Source of the DNA: a virus
Reading direction: 5' to 3' (one strand)
Virus record (IMG/VR): IMGVR_UViG_3300032164_000006
Span: 8,057 to 72,056 of that record
DNA: 64,000 bases
A program made the position numbers and the translations under genes. The notes under the pieces are model-generated. The model ran no database searches. It was given only the letters and a program-made list of their open reading frames with translations, and had not been told where the DNA came from. Each line of letters begins with the position of its first letter. Positions within the stretch are counted from its first letter, which is position 1. Positions 8,800 through 17,602 of the stretch are shown here, piece after piece.

Positions 8800-9725
8800 T
8801 GGATAACATTGGAAATTATGTTACACCACAGGAGCTATTCGACAGACTGTATCCGTCTCCGTATGTCTCTTATCGAAGTAAAGTTGTGCTCGCGGATAAG
8901 AACATCGACGAGTTTACCTACGCTGGAAGCACGTTCGTTCTGGCTGTCGGAGACATAATTTGCCAAGGTGAGTACTCGGCTGAAGTTACAAAAATACTGG
9001 CTGGAGTGATAACTCTGTCTGACGCAGAAGATATTTTAGATGGTTCAGCCGTTGCCTATAGAACAACACAGAGCCTAGCAACGTGGGATGCAATGATTTT
9101 GCGGAACATGCAGATCATTGATTTCCACACTGGCCAGTGGTTCAACAAGAGAGAATTCACTGGAGATGGCAAGCTACAAGTAGAGGGTAATGGTTCGTAT
9201 CTACTCCATTTTTCTGTTCCAATAATTTCTATCTCCACAATCAAGCACTCCAATGAGTACGACGTGGTTGATCCGAAGGAATACATGGTATTTCGTTCTA
9301 GGGTTATCCCAGACGACAGACGCAATCCAAAGGTCAAGCTTCTGCGTGGTTCGTTTTATAAGCACAGTTTCACCGAGATAGAGGGTGCCTTTGGCTGGCT
9401 AGAGCAGGATGGGACCACACCACAGCTCATAAAAGATGCAGTCTCTAGGTTGATAATGCTTGGATTGACGAAAGACCCAATGCAGACGGCATCCAACCCA
9501 ATCAAGTCTGAGAAGACTGACCTCCATGAAATCCAGTACGCTGTTTCCGCGACATCACTCGCTAGCGACCAAAATTCAGGTAGGACTGGAGATCCAGAGG
9601 TAGACAGAATAATCCAACTGTATAAGTCCCCATTCTCTATAGGTGGAACAGAAGCAAGTGTTAAGTTGAACAATTCAACATACTATGATTACGAGGATTC
9701 CCTATGGTCAAGCCGAACTTATTGA
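8799..9725 (+). CDS. Head-tail adaptor/connector protein
   Basis: Start moved to ATG 8799, overlapping the previous TAA. Motifs YVTxxEL, IIDFHTGQWF and GxFGW...TPxLIKDAV; gene order. Confidence 0.7.
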   Translation: MDNIGNYVTPQELFDRLYPSPYVSYRSKVVLADKNIDEFTYAGSTFVLAVGDIICQGEYSAEVTKILAGVITLSDAEDILDGSAVAYRTTQSLATWDAMILRNMQIIDFHTGQWFNKREFTGDGKLQVEGNGSYLLHFSVPIISISTIKHSNEYDVVDPKEYMVFRSRVIPDDRRNPKVKLLRGSFYKHSFTEIEGAFGWLEQDGTTPQLIKDAVSRLIMLGLTKDPMQTASNPIKSEKTDLHEIQYAVSATSLASDQNSGRTGDPEVDRIIQLYKSPFSIGGTEASVKLNNSTYYDYEDSLWSSRTY

Positions 9726-10129
9726 ACGCAATTCTGGTTGAGTTCAAGCAGATAAACAGAAAAGACACAGTATGGGATGACAAAAAGAAACAACCCTCTG
9801 GTGTCATCGTGTGGGAAAAACCATTCAAGACCAATGCTCAAATATATTTTGGAAAAGATAAATACTGGAGTGCCGCGACAGCAACACCAGACCCTAGGTC
9901 CATGGGTGGAATTGTCCAAGAGTCAGATGGGTATGTCATGGTCCGCAAGTTTGATTTACAGAGCATTGGAAAAGAGCTGAAAGCTGGGGATGTTATCACC
10001 GGATATGGCAGGACAGGCGAAAATGTGAAGTGCGAGCTCCTACTCATCGGGATGAAAAATGCAGCACACTACGCAGACATGGGACAGTGTACGTTAGAGA
10101 GATGGTACTTTAGGGAGAGGAATGGCTGA
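9704..10129 (+). CDS. Putative head-closure/stopper protein
   Basis: Size, beta-rich character, LKAGD motif and position after the adaptor. Confidence 0.5.
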   Translation: MVKPNLLNAILVEFKQINRKDTVWDDKKKQPSGVIVWEKPFKTNAQIYFGKDKYWSAATATPDPRSMGGIVQESDGYVMVRKFDLQSIGKELKAGDVITGYGRTGENVKCELLLIGMKNAAHYADMGQCTLERWYFRERNG

Positions 10130-10679
10130 TAACACCTTCAACTCTGGAACTGGGATAACCATTGGGGGAGCCGACCTAGCCAAGTGGGAATACTTCATTG
10201 GATCCAAATGGGTTGATGAGTTCGAGCGAGAGATGGACAAGGCTACTGGGAGGTCTGCAAAATATATTCTCTCCCAAATCCGAGCCAGAATTCTTTCCAA
10301 ATCATATGTTCCCAACTCTCTGTGGACAGCCAAGCGAAAGGGATTCAACAGTGTTGCGGAGGCAATCCCCCTTGTTGAAACAGGTGGACTTATTCGAGAG
10401 GCAATTGCTGCAAAAAGAAAGTCAATTGGCGTGTGGGAAGTTGGTGTGATAGAGGATAAGACAAGCAGACGAACAGGTGCAAAGGCTTCTAAGTACGTTA
10501 GAGCTCTCCACGAGGGTGTGACCATCACGTCAACCATCAAAGGTGTGCGTCGCACGTTTAGAATTCCACCTAGGCCATTCCTGCGAAGCGTGTGGGAAGA
10601 TATGGCTGTTCGGGGTAGAGTACATAAAGATTGGTCAGATACTATTGAAATGACTTTAAGAAAGCATGGGAAGTTATGA
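10122..10679 (+). CDS. Neck/virion morphogenesis protein
   Basis: PLVETGGL...HEG...IPPRPFLR motifs are typical of this family. Confidence 0.75.
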   Translation: MADNTFNSGTGITIGGADLAKWEYFIGSKWVDEFEREMDKATGRSAKYILSQIRARILSKSYVPNSLWTAKRKGFNSVAEAIPLVETGGLIREAIAAKRKSIGVWEVGVIEDKTSRRTGAKASKYVRALHEGVTITSTIKGVRRTFRIPPRPFLRSVWEDMAVRGRVHKDWSDTIEMTLRKHGKL

Positions 10680-11173
10680 AAAATATAGAAGTGTTAATGA
10701 TGCGGGAAAGCCTTTCTAAAATAAATAATAGAAAGAATACAAAGTTCAGTTATCTTATATTGCGAAATAAGAAAGCTATTAAAGATACTGTGGATGCACT
10801 GAGGGAAGTCCAGCTACAAAAAATTGAAGGTCAGGATGCCTTTGATAAGGATAGAATGGAACTATGTCGAAAATTCTCTAAGAAAGATGAGAAGGGAAAT
10901 CCAAGATTCATTCAGATCCCTAGCATCAGTGCTAAGTCTTTTGATATTGAGAACATAGAGCAATTCAACTTGGAAATGGCTGAATTATTGGCAGCAGAAC
11001 GACACGCTGGTTACAGGGAAAATCTTGAGAGAAAGACAAAGGAATTCGATGGATTGCTGGCATGTGATGCCGTAGGCATTGGATGCTTTGCAAAAATAGC
11101 TCTAACTGACCTGCCGAATGATTTGACTGTCGAGGAACTAGAAGTGATTGAACAATTCATAGAGGAAACGTAA
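10676..11173 (+). CDS. Hypothetical phage protein
   Basis: 165-aa helical ORF with overlapping start/stop; AT-rich. Confidence 0.65.
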   Translation: MKNIEVLMMRESLSKINNRKNTKFSYLILRNKKAIKDTVDALREVQLQKIEGQDAFDKDRMELCRKFSKKDEKGNPRFIQIPSISAKSFDIENIEQFNLEMAELLAAERHAGYRENLERKTKEFDGLLACDAVGIGCFAKIALTDLPNDLTVEELEVIEQFIEET

Positions 11174-11204
11174 ACTGGAAGCTCGCCTTAAAAAGAAGAG
11201 AAGT

Positions 11205-12683
11205 ATGATAACTAGAATTATTAAAACATGGGAATTCACAAACTCGGAGAGAGAACTCACCGAGTTGTTTGGCGTTAGACTGAACGCAGAAGACCTAGCA
11301 CATTCTAGATTACAACTGATTGCAGATCCACAGTACAGTACAGAGACAACAAACTACGCCAAGACCAGAAAAGACACACCCCATAGCGTGTTGAGCTGGT
11401 CAATGTTTGAAGTGATATGGGGAACAACGGAGCCTGATTTTACTGAGTATTCTTTGCTTCTTACTGGAAAATCCGGAAACAATTTTGAGTTCTACGCAAG
11501 GTCCGCAATCCCAAGGGTTGGCGACCACGTTTATCAAGGCGACAGTAGAACAAAAATTGCTGGCATCAGTGGATCTACTCTTACTCTTGAGGACGCTGCA
11601 GGAATCACGGATGGCATATCGTACGCAAATAGAACAAGATGCGACGTGCTTATCAAGGTGCTAGACAAGAACGACACAGCCTATTTCTACAATGTTGTAA
11701 CGTCAGCTTGGGAAGAGGCCGGACCAGACGACTGGAGCACAATGTACGTCGTCAACAGCCATATTGGGGAAATCAAACTAAAGGAATTCGGAAAGACAAT
11801 TGGTTTCAGTGTCAACCTTAGAACCTCCGATCCCATCTACACCCCTCAAGTCTTTTCTATCTTTCTACTTGGAACATTTGATATAGAGTTTACAGAAGAC
11901 ATTCTTTTCGACTCTTTGATCCCCATTCTCGAAGCAAACTTATCCGTCACAACGCAAATAAATATCAAGCTGGTTGAAGACACAGATGTGGTGGACTTTG
12001 CGAACCAATATGTTCTTGATTGTGTTGGATATAATATCACAGACGTTGAGATTGCATACAACGTGACGCAAGATCCAACAAAGACTGAAAATATAGCCAC
12101 AACCTACACGCTAGGTGAACCAAAGGAAAGAAACGGGAACCTTCCTGGATCTCTCAAATTGAATTCTATTCAGAGTGCTGGCGACATTCTTGAAATCAAG
12201 CTAAAATATTATCCAGAGATAGCTATCAATACTGCGAAAGAATACTACGAGATCACAAAGCATCCTCTGATTGTGTTAGAGCACATCACAAAAAAGGGTT
12301 CTGTGACTTCGCCGAATTCAGACATAGGTAGAAGCTATATTAGGAATAAGTTGACTTTAACAGGGGTAAAGGAAAACAGCCCTGAGCAATATGATTTAAT
12401 AGTTGAGTATGTTGTCTTTACGGGTAATCAAACAGACCAATATAGATTGGGAGAAGCTCTTCACCGCTTCTTTAATTCGACTAGCGAGATTAGGTCATGG
12501 GGGTTGGACGAGCCTTATCCACTGATTGTTGGCACTATCTTTAGGAGTGAAAATACTCCTGGAATTGCAGACATCAGCACTCATGTCGGGCAATTTAGGA
12601 TTGCAAATCTTGTTGAAGTAATTAGAGATCCATTGGATGTAGCTCTGGTTGAATACCTTAACGGAAGCATGACTACAAATTAA
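11205..12683 (+). CDS. Putative tail-completion/terminator protein with N-terminal extensions
   Basis: Directly precedes the sheath. The C-terminal P-x-I-V-L...YDLIVEYVV region resembles terminator-fold proteins. Confidence 0.5.
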   Translation: MITRIIKTWEFTNSERELTELFGVRLNAEDLAHSRLQLIADPQYSTETTNYAKTRKDTPHSVLSWSMFEVIWGTTEPDFTEYSLLLTGKSGNNFEFYARSAIPRVGDHVYQGDSRTKIAGISGSTLTLEDAAGITDGISYANRTRCDVLIKVLDKNDTAYFYNVVTSAWEEAGPDDWSTMYVVNSHIGEIKLKEFGKTIGFSVNLRTSDPIYTPQVFSIFLLGTFDIEFTEDILFDSLIPILEANLSVTTQINIKLVEDTDVVDFANQYVLDCVGYNITDVEIAYNVTQDPTKTENIATTYTLGEPKERNGNLPGSLKLNSIQSAGDILEIKLKYYPEIAINTAKEYYEITKHPLIVLEHITKKGSVTSPNSDIGRSYIRNKLTLTGVKENSPEQYDLIVEYVVFTGNQTDQYRLGEALHRFFNSTSEIRSWGLDEPYPLIVGTIFRSENTPGIADISTHVGQFRIANLVEVIRDPLDVALVEYLNGSMTTN

Positions 12684-12723
12684 AAAAACAGTGTTCATCA
12701 ATTAATCTCTAAGGAGGATTCAG

Positions 12724-15700
12724 ATGGCAGAACGAAGGTATGGTCCGACAAACGGAGCGGGAACAGTAATCATAGAAAAAGATGCGGAAAAGCAAATTGA
12801 GAAGGGAGCATTAGGAACTACAGTTTATCTTGGAATTTTAGAAAAAGGTCCAGTTGGACAGTTGTTCAAGTGTTCTACGAAAGCAGACTTTCTAGCGAAG
12901 GCTGGAAACTTCATCAAGGAATCCACACTTCCAGATGCAGCGTTTGATTTCTTTAATCTTGGCAGGGCATCCGGTGACCTCTACTGCGTTCGTCTTACAG
13001 ACGGGACAGAAGTGCAATCAGAAGTGACGTTATATGGCAGAAAAAATGTTGGATTTGAGAAAACAATTTCAGCAGATTGTTCTAGTCACTATGCGTTCGT
13101 ATCCCAAGCAGACTATCTAGCTCTTGGTTCCCCAAAGGTTTCTAGCCAACTCGTGTTGTCTAGCGATACCCTTGGCGACAGTCCAGTACTCCAAGTCACA
13201 GCTGTAGACTTCGCTAGTCCATCTGTCGGCACTGTTCGGTTAACCCTCAGTGGCTCTGTGTTGTATCTCTCCGGAGACAAGATCACAGCCTACAGTTCAG
13301 CAATCCGTCCCGCTGTTATGAAATTTAAAGCGGCAAACGGTGGACGTTGGGGTGGAAAGAAAGACATAATTTTTGGAACAGAATTTGGTCCTGGAGGTCT
13401 TACAGAATTTTCTTTCGATACTGGCAAACCAGCACTCGTAGATTATTTTGCTGACGCTCTTGTTCGCTTTGCTGCGATGCCCGGAAAATCATATCGAGTT
13501 GTTTCTAACGACGAGAATGGTTTGCTCTACGTTTCGGCAGATTCGAAGATGGCTTCTGACTACGCATCTAGCGGAAGTGCAGACACAACATGGTCTGTTC
13601 AGCTAGAAAACAACGGCAAAGCACTCGCTGTTAAGATTGTAGATGGTGTGTCTTATCCATCCACAAGATTTGGCGTTGAAGTGTATTGCGACGGAATCAG
13701 ATGCTTGGTTTATGACGACCTCACGTTAGATCCAAAAGACAAGACATACTACAGGGATCTCATCAATGATGACGATGCCAACGTGTACGTCGAAGTGGAA
13801 GATCTATGGTTTGGTGACTACATCCCAGAAATCAGACCAGCCAACGTGTTTGGTCAAAACTTTGGTGTGACCAACACTGTTCTCACTGGTAGAGCTGTCG
13901 CAGCTTCTTTCCAAGGTGTGGGCAATGGCATCATCGACGCTTTCACCTACGGTGGAACTGTCCAAGAAGACACACTAGAAGTTGAATGTACCGATGCAGG
14001 TGCGTTGGCTTCTGGTCTCGTCCAGATTGCCAGCAATGCGTTCGACCTAACATCCCCAGAGGTTGTTGGTTCTGACGTTTCTGTTGCTTATCTTCTAGGC
14101 GACTACTCTGCGTGTGTTCACAACAAACTTCTTGTAGCGTTGTATGGCCAAACTCCAGCAGAGGTTGTCCTCAACTTGGCATCGTGCATTGACGGAGCTG
14201 CAACAGCAACTGAACTCACCGCTAAAATCAACTCTGCGTTGGCTTCTGCTGGCAAGGTTGGAACTGTTCTAGCTGTTTACGACACAGATCACTTCGTGGT
14301 CACTGGTGATGCGGAAGGTAAAGATCTTGATCTTGTCCTCACCGACACTGGCTTAACTGGTGGATCTCTAGCTTCTGAACTGAAAGTGTCACCATCTACT
14401 TTCGCTAACCATACTTTAGGAACAGGCGACTATCTGCGCTTCTCCTTTGGTGCTACTGTAGCGGATTTCGTGTTCGTCAGTGGTGTAACTCCAGCCTCAG
14501 TTGGCAAGGTTCTTGTCGGTGGAAGCGTAGCTCTCACAGCTGAAGCGTTGCTCCAAGCACTCTTAAGCTACTCGGCAATTGCTGGTCTTGTGACCGCTGC
14601 TCGCACAAACGACATTGTGTCTCTTCTTGCTACTAAGCCTCATGCTGCTGTGGGTTGGTCAATTGTAGAATTTGACGGCACGACAGACAACCTAACTGTA
14701 GTGAGTTTCAGTGGTGGAGCTGAACAACTTTGGAGCTATCAAAGCTCTGAACTCGGCCTCCTAGCTGGATCCGTTCCAGTGACAGACGTAGCTTTCGCAA
14801 CTCCAAATGACTTTGGCGTTGGCTTCAAAATCTCAAGCGGTTCATCTCTGTTTGCTCTAGGCGACAGATTCACATTGGTTGTTCGTCCATGGGCGACAAA
14901 CTCAATGGTTCGTGGTTGGTTGTATCCAGACGTGTTGAACGCACCTCGTAGCAAGTACGAGATCATTTCAAACACCGCAAACACAATCACAGTTAAGCCG
15001 ACATCCGCAATGAAAGACGTTGCTCGTTTAGGAAGCACCTATCGAGTTGAATTTCTAGAAGAGATGTCTGCTGGCTACGACGGGTTGGTTGGTGTAACTG
15101 ATTCCGACTATCTCAATCTTTTGGACTCGTCCACATCACCAATCAACTCATTGTTTGGTGAGATGAAAGGTCTTGTTAAGGTTGGTATTCCCGGAGTTAC
15201 AGCGACAGCGGTTCAAAAGGCTGGACTAGCCTACGCAGAAGCAAGGAACTATCAGTTCAGGGTACAAATCCCATCGAACATAGTTTCTGAAGATTCGGCT
15301 GAATCCTACATCAACGACACCATTGGTAGAAATGACTTCGGTGTTGTTTCGTTCCCATCTTGGATGTACGTTCCACATCCCACAGCAAGTGGTTTGAAGC
15401 TAGTTCCTAACATCGGTGCTATCCAAGGTAGAGAAGCACTATGGGCAAAGAACTATAGTGGATATCACAAGGCAGCGGCTGGAGTGGATTGTACAATTCC
15501 AAATTGCGTTCGACTTCCTACTGGTGACAGGGTTCTCGACGAAGAGCTTCTAAACAAGCATGGTATCGGTGTAGTCAAGTCCAAATCCGGTAACTTCATA
15601 ATTTGGGGTGATAGAACAATTTCTATCGATCCATCATGGAAATGGAAACATCAAAGAGAGATGATGTCGTTCTATGAAAATGATCTGAGAGAAGCATTTG

Positions 15701-15963
15701 ATTGGATCATCTTTGCAATCAACGACAAGATAGAGCAAAAGAAAGCTCTGTCTGCTCTGTATTCTTACTTCATTCCAGAATTTCAGAAACGAGCATTGCG
15801 TGGTGACACGTTCGAAGATGCAGTTTCTATAAAACTGGATGACGAGAATAACACCAATTTGTCAATGGCAAATGGCGACATGAATGCGGAAATCTCCCTG
15901 AGATTGGCAGACACTGTTGAGCGTTTCATCATCACCATGAGCAAGCGTGGAATCTTTGATTAA
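12724..15963 (+). CDS. Contractile tail sheath protein (1079 aa, large insertions)
   Basis: RBS TAAGGAGG. N-terminal G-x-x-x-KGPV; C-terminal YHKAAAG, LNKHGI, IWGDRT, WIIFAIND and ERFII motifs. Confidence 0.92.
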   Translation: MAERRYGPTNGAGTVIIEKDAEKQIEKGALGTTVYLGILEKGPVGQLFKCSTKADFLAKAGNFIKESTLPDAAFDFFNLGRASGDLYCVRLTDGTEVQSEVTLYGRKNVGFEKTISADCSSHYAFVSQADYLALGSPKVSSQLVLSSDTLGDSPVLQVTAVDFASPSVGTVRLTLSGSVLYLSGDKITAYSSAIRPAVMKFKAANGGRWGGKKDIIFGTEFGPGGLTEFSFDTGKPALVDYFADALVRFAAMPGKSYRVVSNDENGLLYVSADSKMASDYASSGSADTTWSVQLENNGKALAVKIVDGVSYPSTRFGVEVYCDGIRCLVYDDLTLDPKDKTYYRDLINDDDANVYVEVEDLWFGDYIPEIRPANVFGQNFGVTNTVLTGRAVAASFQGVGNGIIDAFTYGGTVQEDTLEVECTDAGALASGLVQIASNAFDLTSPEVVGSDVSVAYLLGDYSACVHNKLLVALYGQTPAEVVLNLASCIDGAATATELTAKINSALASAGKVGTVLAVYDTDHFVVTGDAEGKDLDLVLTDTGLTGGSLASELKVSPSTFANHTLGTGDYLRFSFGATVADFVFVSGVTPASVGKVLVGGSVALTAEALLQALLSYSAIAGLVTAARTNDIVSLLATKPHAAVGWSIVEFDGTTDNLTVVSFSGGAEQLWSYQSSELGLLAGSVPVTDVAFATPNDFGVGFKISSGSSLFALGDRFTLVVRPWATNSMVRGWLYPDVLNAPRSKYEIISNTANTITVKPTSAMKDVARLGSTYRVEFLEEMSAGYDGLVGVTDSDYLNLLDSSTSPINSLFGEMKGLVKVGIPGVTATAVQKAGLAYAEARNYQFRVQIPSNIVSEDSAESYINDTIGRNDFGVVSFPSWMYVPHPTASGLKLVPNIGAIQGREALWAKNYSGYHKAAAGVDCTIPNCVRLPTGDRVLDEELLNKHGIGVVKSKSGNFIIWGDRTISIDPSWKWKHQREMMSFYENDLREAFDWIIFAINDKIEQKKALSALYSYFIPEFQKRALRGDTFEDAVSIKLDDENNTNLSMANGDMNAEISLRLADTVERFIITMSKRGIFD

Positions 15964-15970
15964 CCAACTG

Positions 15971-15995
15971 TAGGACCACCCTAGGGGTGGTCTTA
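15971..15995 (+). promoter_or_regulatory. GC-rich hairpin between sheath and tube genes
   Basis: TAGGACCACCC-TAG-GGGTGGTCTTA forms an 11-bp stem with one G-U pair. No U-tract. Confidence 0.55.
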
Positions 15996-16020
15996 TATCA
16001 ACAAAATTAGGGGAATAATT

Positions 16021-16467
16021 ATGACGCTAAAGGGAACAATTGCATCGAACCATATACCAATCAACAAGTACACTTTGTCTGTTGCTACTCAGCCAACATT
16101 CATTTTTACGACTGTTAGTGGTGTGGAGCAAGAAACAGCCGGAACAGTATTGCCAGACAATACGAAAGCATCCGGTGGGGAACAACAACCATTCGAACTG
16201 ACCTGCGAGATTCCGTTGCACCATGCAGCTGAAGTCGTGGCTCTAGAAGCATGGTTCACAGAAGGAAAAGATCCAGTCACAGTAACCTACAAAAAAACTG
16301 GAACCATGATCTACAAAAACATTGCTGGAGTAGTCAGCAAGTCCCTTCAGCTCACAGGCATGTGGATAACCAAACTCAAGTATCCAGATACCGACATGAG
16401 CAATGAAGAAGGCGAAATGGCCGTTCTAGAAGTCACATTCTCCATAGACAACTACAAAGTTATCTAA
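16021..16467 (+). CDS. Tail tube protein (T4 gp19-like)
   Basis: 148 aa directly after the sheath; FTTVSGVE...AW...YKKTG...GMWITK pattern. Confidence 0.85.
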   Translation: MTLKGTIASNHIPINKYTLSVATQPTFIFTTVSGVEQETAGTVLPDNTKASGGEQQPFELTCEIPLHHAAEVVALEAWFTEGKDPVTVTYKKTGTMIYKNIAGVVSKSLQLTGMWITKLKYPDTDMSNEEGEMAVLEVTFSIDNYKVI

Positions 16468-16478
16468 GGGATTTTGAC

Positions 16479-16510
16479 TGGACCTTGGGATATGTCTAAA
16501 AACTATCCCA
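16479..16510 (+). ncRNA. Putative H-type pseudoknot RNA element, copy 1 (3' of tube gene)
   Basis: TGGAC/GTCTA stem 1 and TGGGATA/TATCCCA stem 2. A near-identical copy lies at 60766-60794. Confidence 0.55.
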
Positions 16511-16598
16511 CCAAATCTTGATGGTTTAGGTGAATTAGTTTACTTATTCATCAATACATTTTTAAGAATTCTAACAATGCTCTAATTGGAGAATTACA

Positions 16599-17420
16599 AT
16601 GGGCGAAGCTACATCAAAACTACAATCTATCCCTCTAAAAGAACTCAAAAACAGATTACCAATTGAAGTAGATGGCAAGGTGAACCAGTTCTTTACGTTC
16701 AGAGATTGGACGTTCAAAGAGGAAGAGTACATTGCAAAGGCAAAAACAAAAACAGCCACAATGGGAAGGTTCATTGGCGACATCCTAGCCATGATGCTTA
16801 CTTCTGTTGGCGGTGAAGATTTCACAAAGAAAGAACACGGAGAAAAAATCCTGTTCATGAATAGACAGCCTGTCGGCAATGTTCTGTACATGTACATCTA
16901 TCTGCGTTACGACCAGCTAGGTGAAGAGCTTCGCCTCACATTCAAATGTCCATTCTGCAACGCTGAAATAAATAATTTCATAGCAAACATTGGCGACCTA
17001 GATGTGGATTGCAAGTTTGGTGAATTCAGCGACGTTATTGACTACCATCTTAAGAAGCCTGTTTCCCTAGATGCTGGCGACCAACTCATCGAGACCTTGC
17101 GTATTGGTATGGCTAGATGGGACGTGATGGAAAAAGCACAGAACACGTCAGATGCAAACGAAGCCACAATGAAAAAATATTCCTACAGGAATAGCATTGT
17201 GGGTGCGAGCAACGTGACGGGTTATCTTGATCCAGAAGAAGTTATTCAAAAACTACGCAAGCAAGATATAGAACGACTTGGTACTGTTATCGCAGCACAC
17301 AACGGAGGTCCGTCTATCCAAGCAGAAGTTATCTGTAGCAAGTGCAACAATATGTTCTGGAAGCAGATAGACTGGAGTTACGACCATTTTTTCGGGAATG
17401 GCTCTTTACCTCAGACCTAG
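16599..17420 (+). CDS. Tail/baseplate-hub assembly chaperone (T4 gp26-like, two CxxC motifs)
   Basis: Lies between tube and tape measure. TFKEEE, LR...G, CPFC and CSKC motifs; ends with FF. Confidence 0.7.
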   Translation: MGEATSKLQSIPLKELKNRLPIEVDGKVNQFFTFRDWTFKEEEYIAKAKTKTATMGRFIGDILAMMLTSVGGEDFTKKEHGEKILFMNRQPVGNVLYMYIYLRYDQLGEELRLTFKCPFCNAEINNFIANIGDLDVDCKFGEFSDVIDYHLKKPVSLDAGDQLIETLRIGMARWDVMEKAQNTSDANEATMKKYSYRNSIVGASNVTGYLDPEEVIQKLRKQDIERLGTVIAAHNGGPSIQAEVICSKCNNMFWKQIDWSYDHFFGNGSLPQT

Positions 17421-17590
17421 AAGGTCTATGGGAAGAGTCGTTCACATTAGTCTATAGAATCAAGGGTATGACTCCTGAGAAGATTGAGAGGATGACGCAC
17501 AAGGAACGCAAGTGGTGGCTCAACAGACTTATGAAGCAGTTGAAAGCCGAACGAGAAATGATGGAGAGTGCGTCTAAGAGAAGAAAATAA
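17387..17590 (+). CDS. Probable -1 frameshift extension of the tail assembly chaperone
   Basis: Slippery heptamer T TTT TTC at 17387-17393 in the chaperone frame. The -1 frame ORF (17342-17590) has no RBS-linked start and contains EESFTLVY...MTHKERKWWL. Confidence 0.6.
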   Translation, partial: FFREWLFTSDLEGLWEESFTLVYRIKGMTPEKIERMTHKERKWWLNRLMKQLKAEREMMESASKRRK

Positions 17591-17602
17591 CAGGGAGTTT
17601 CT

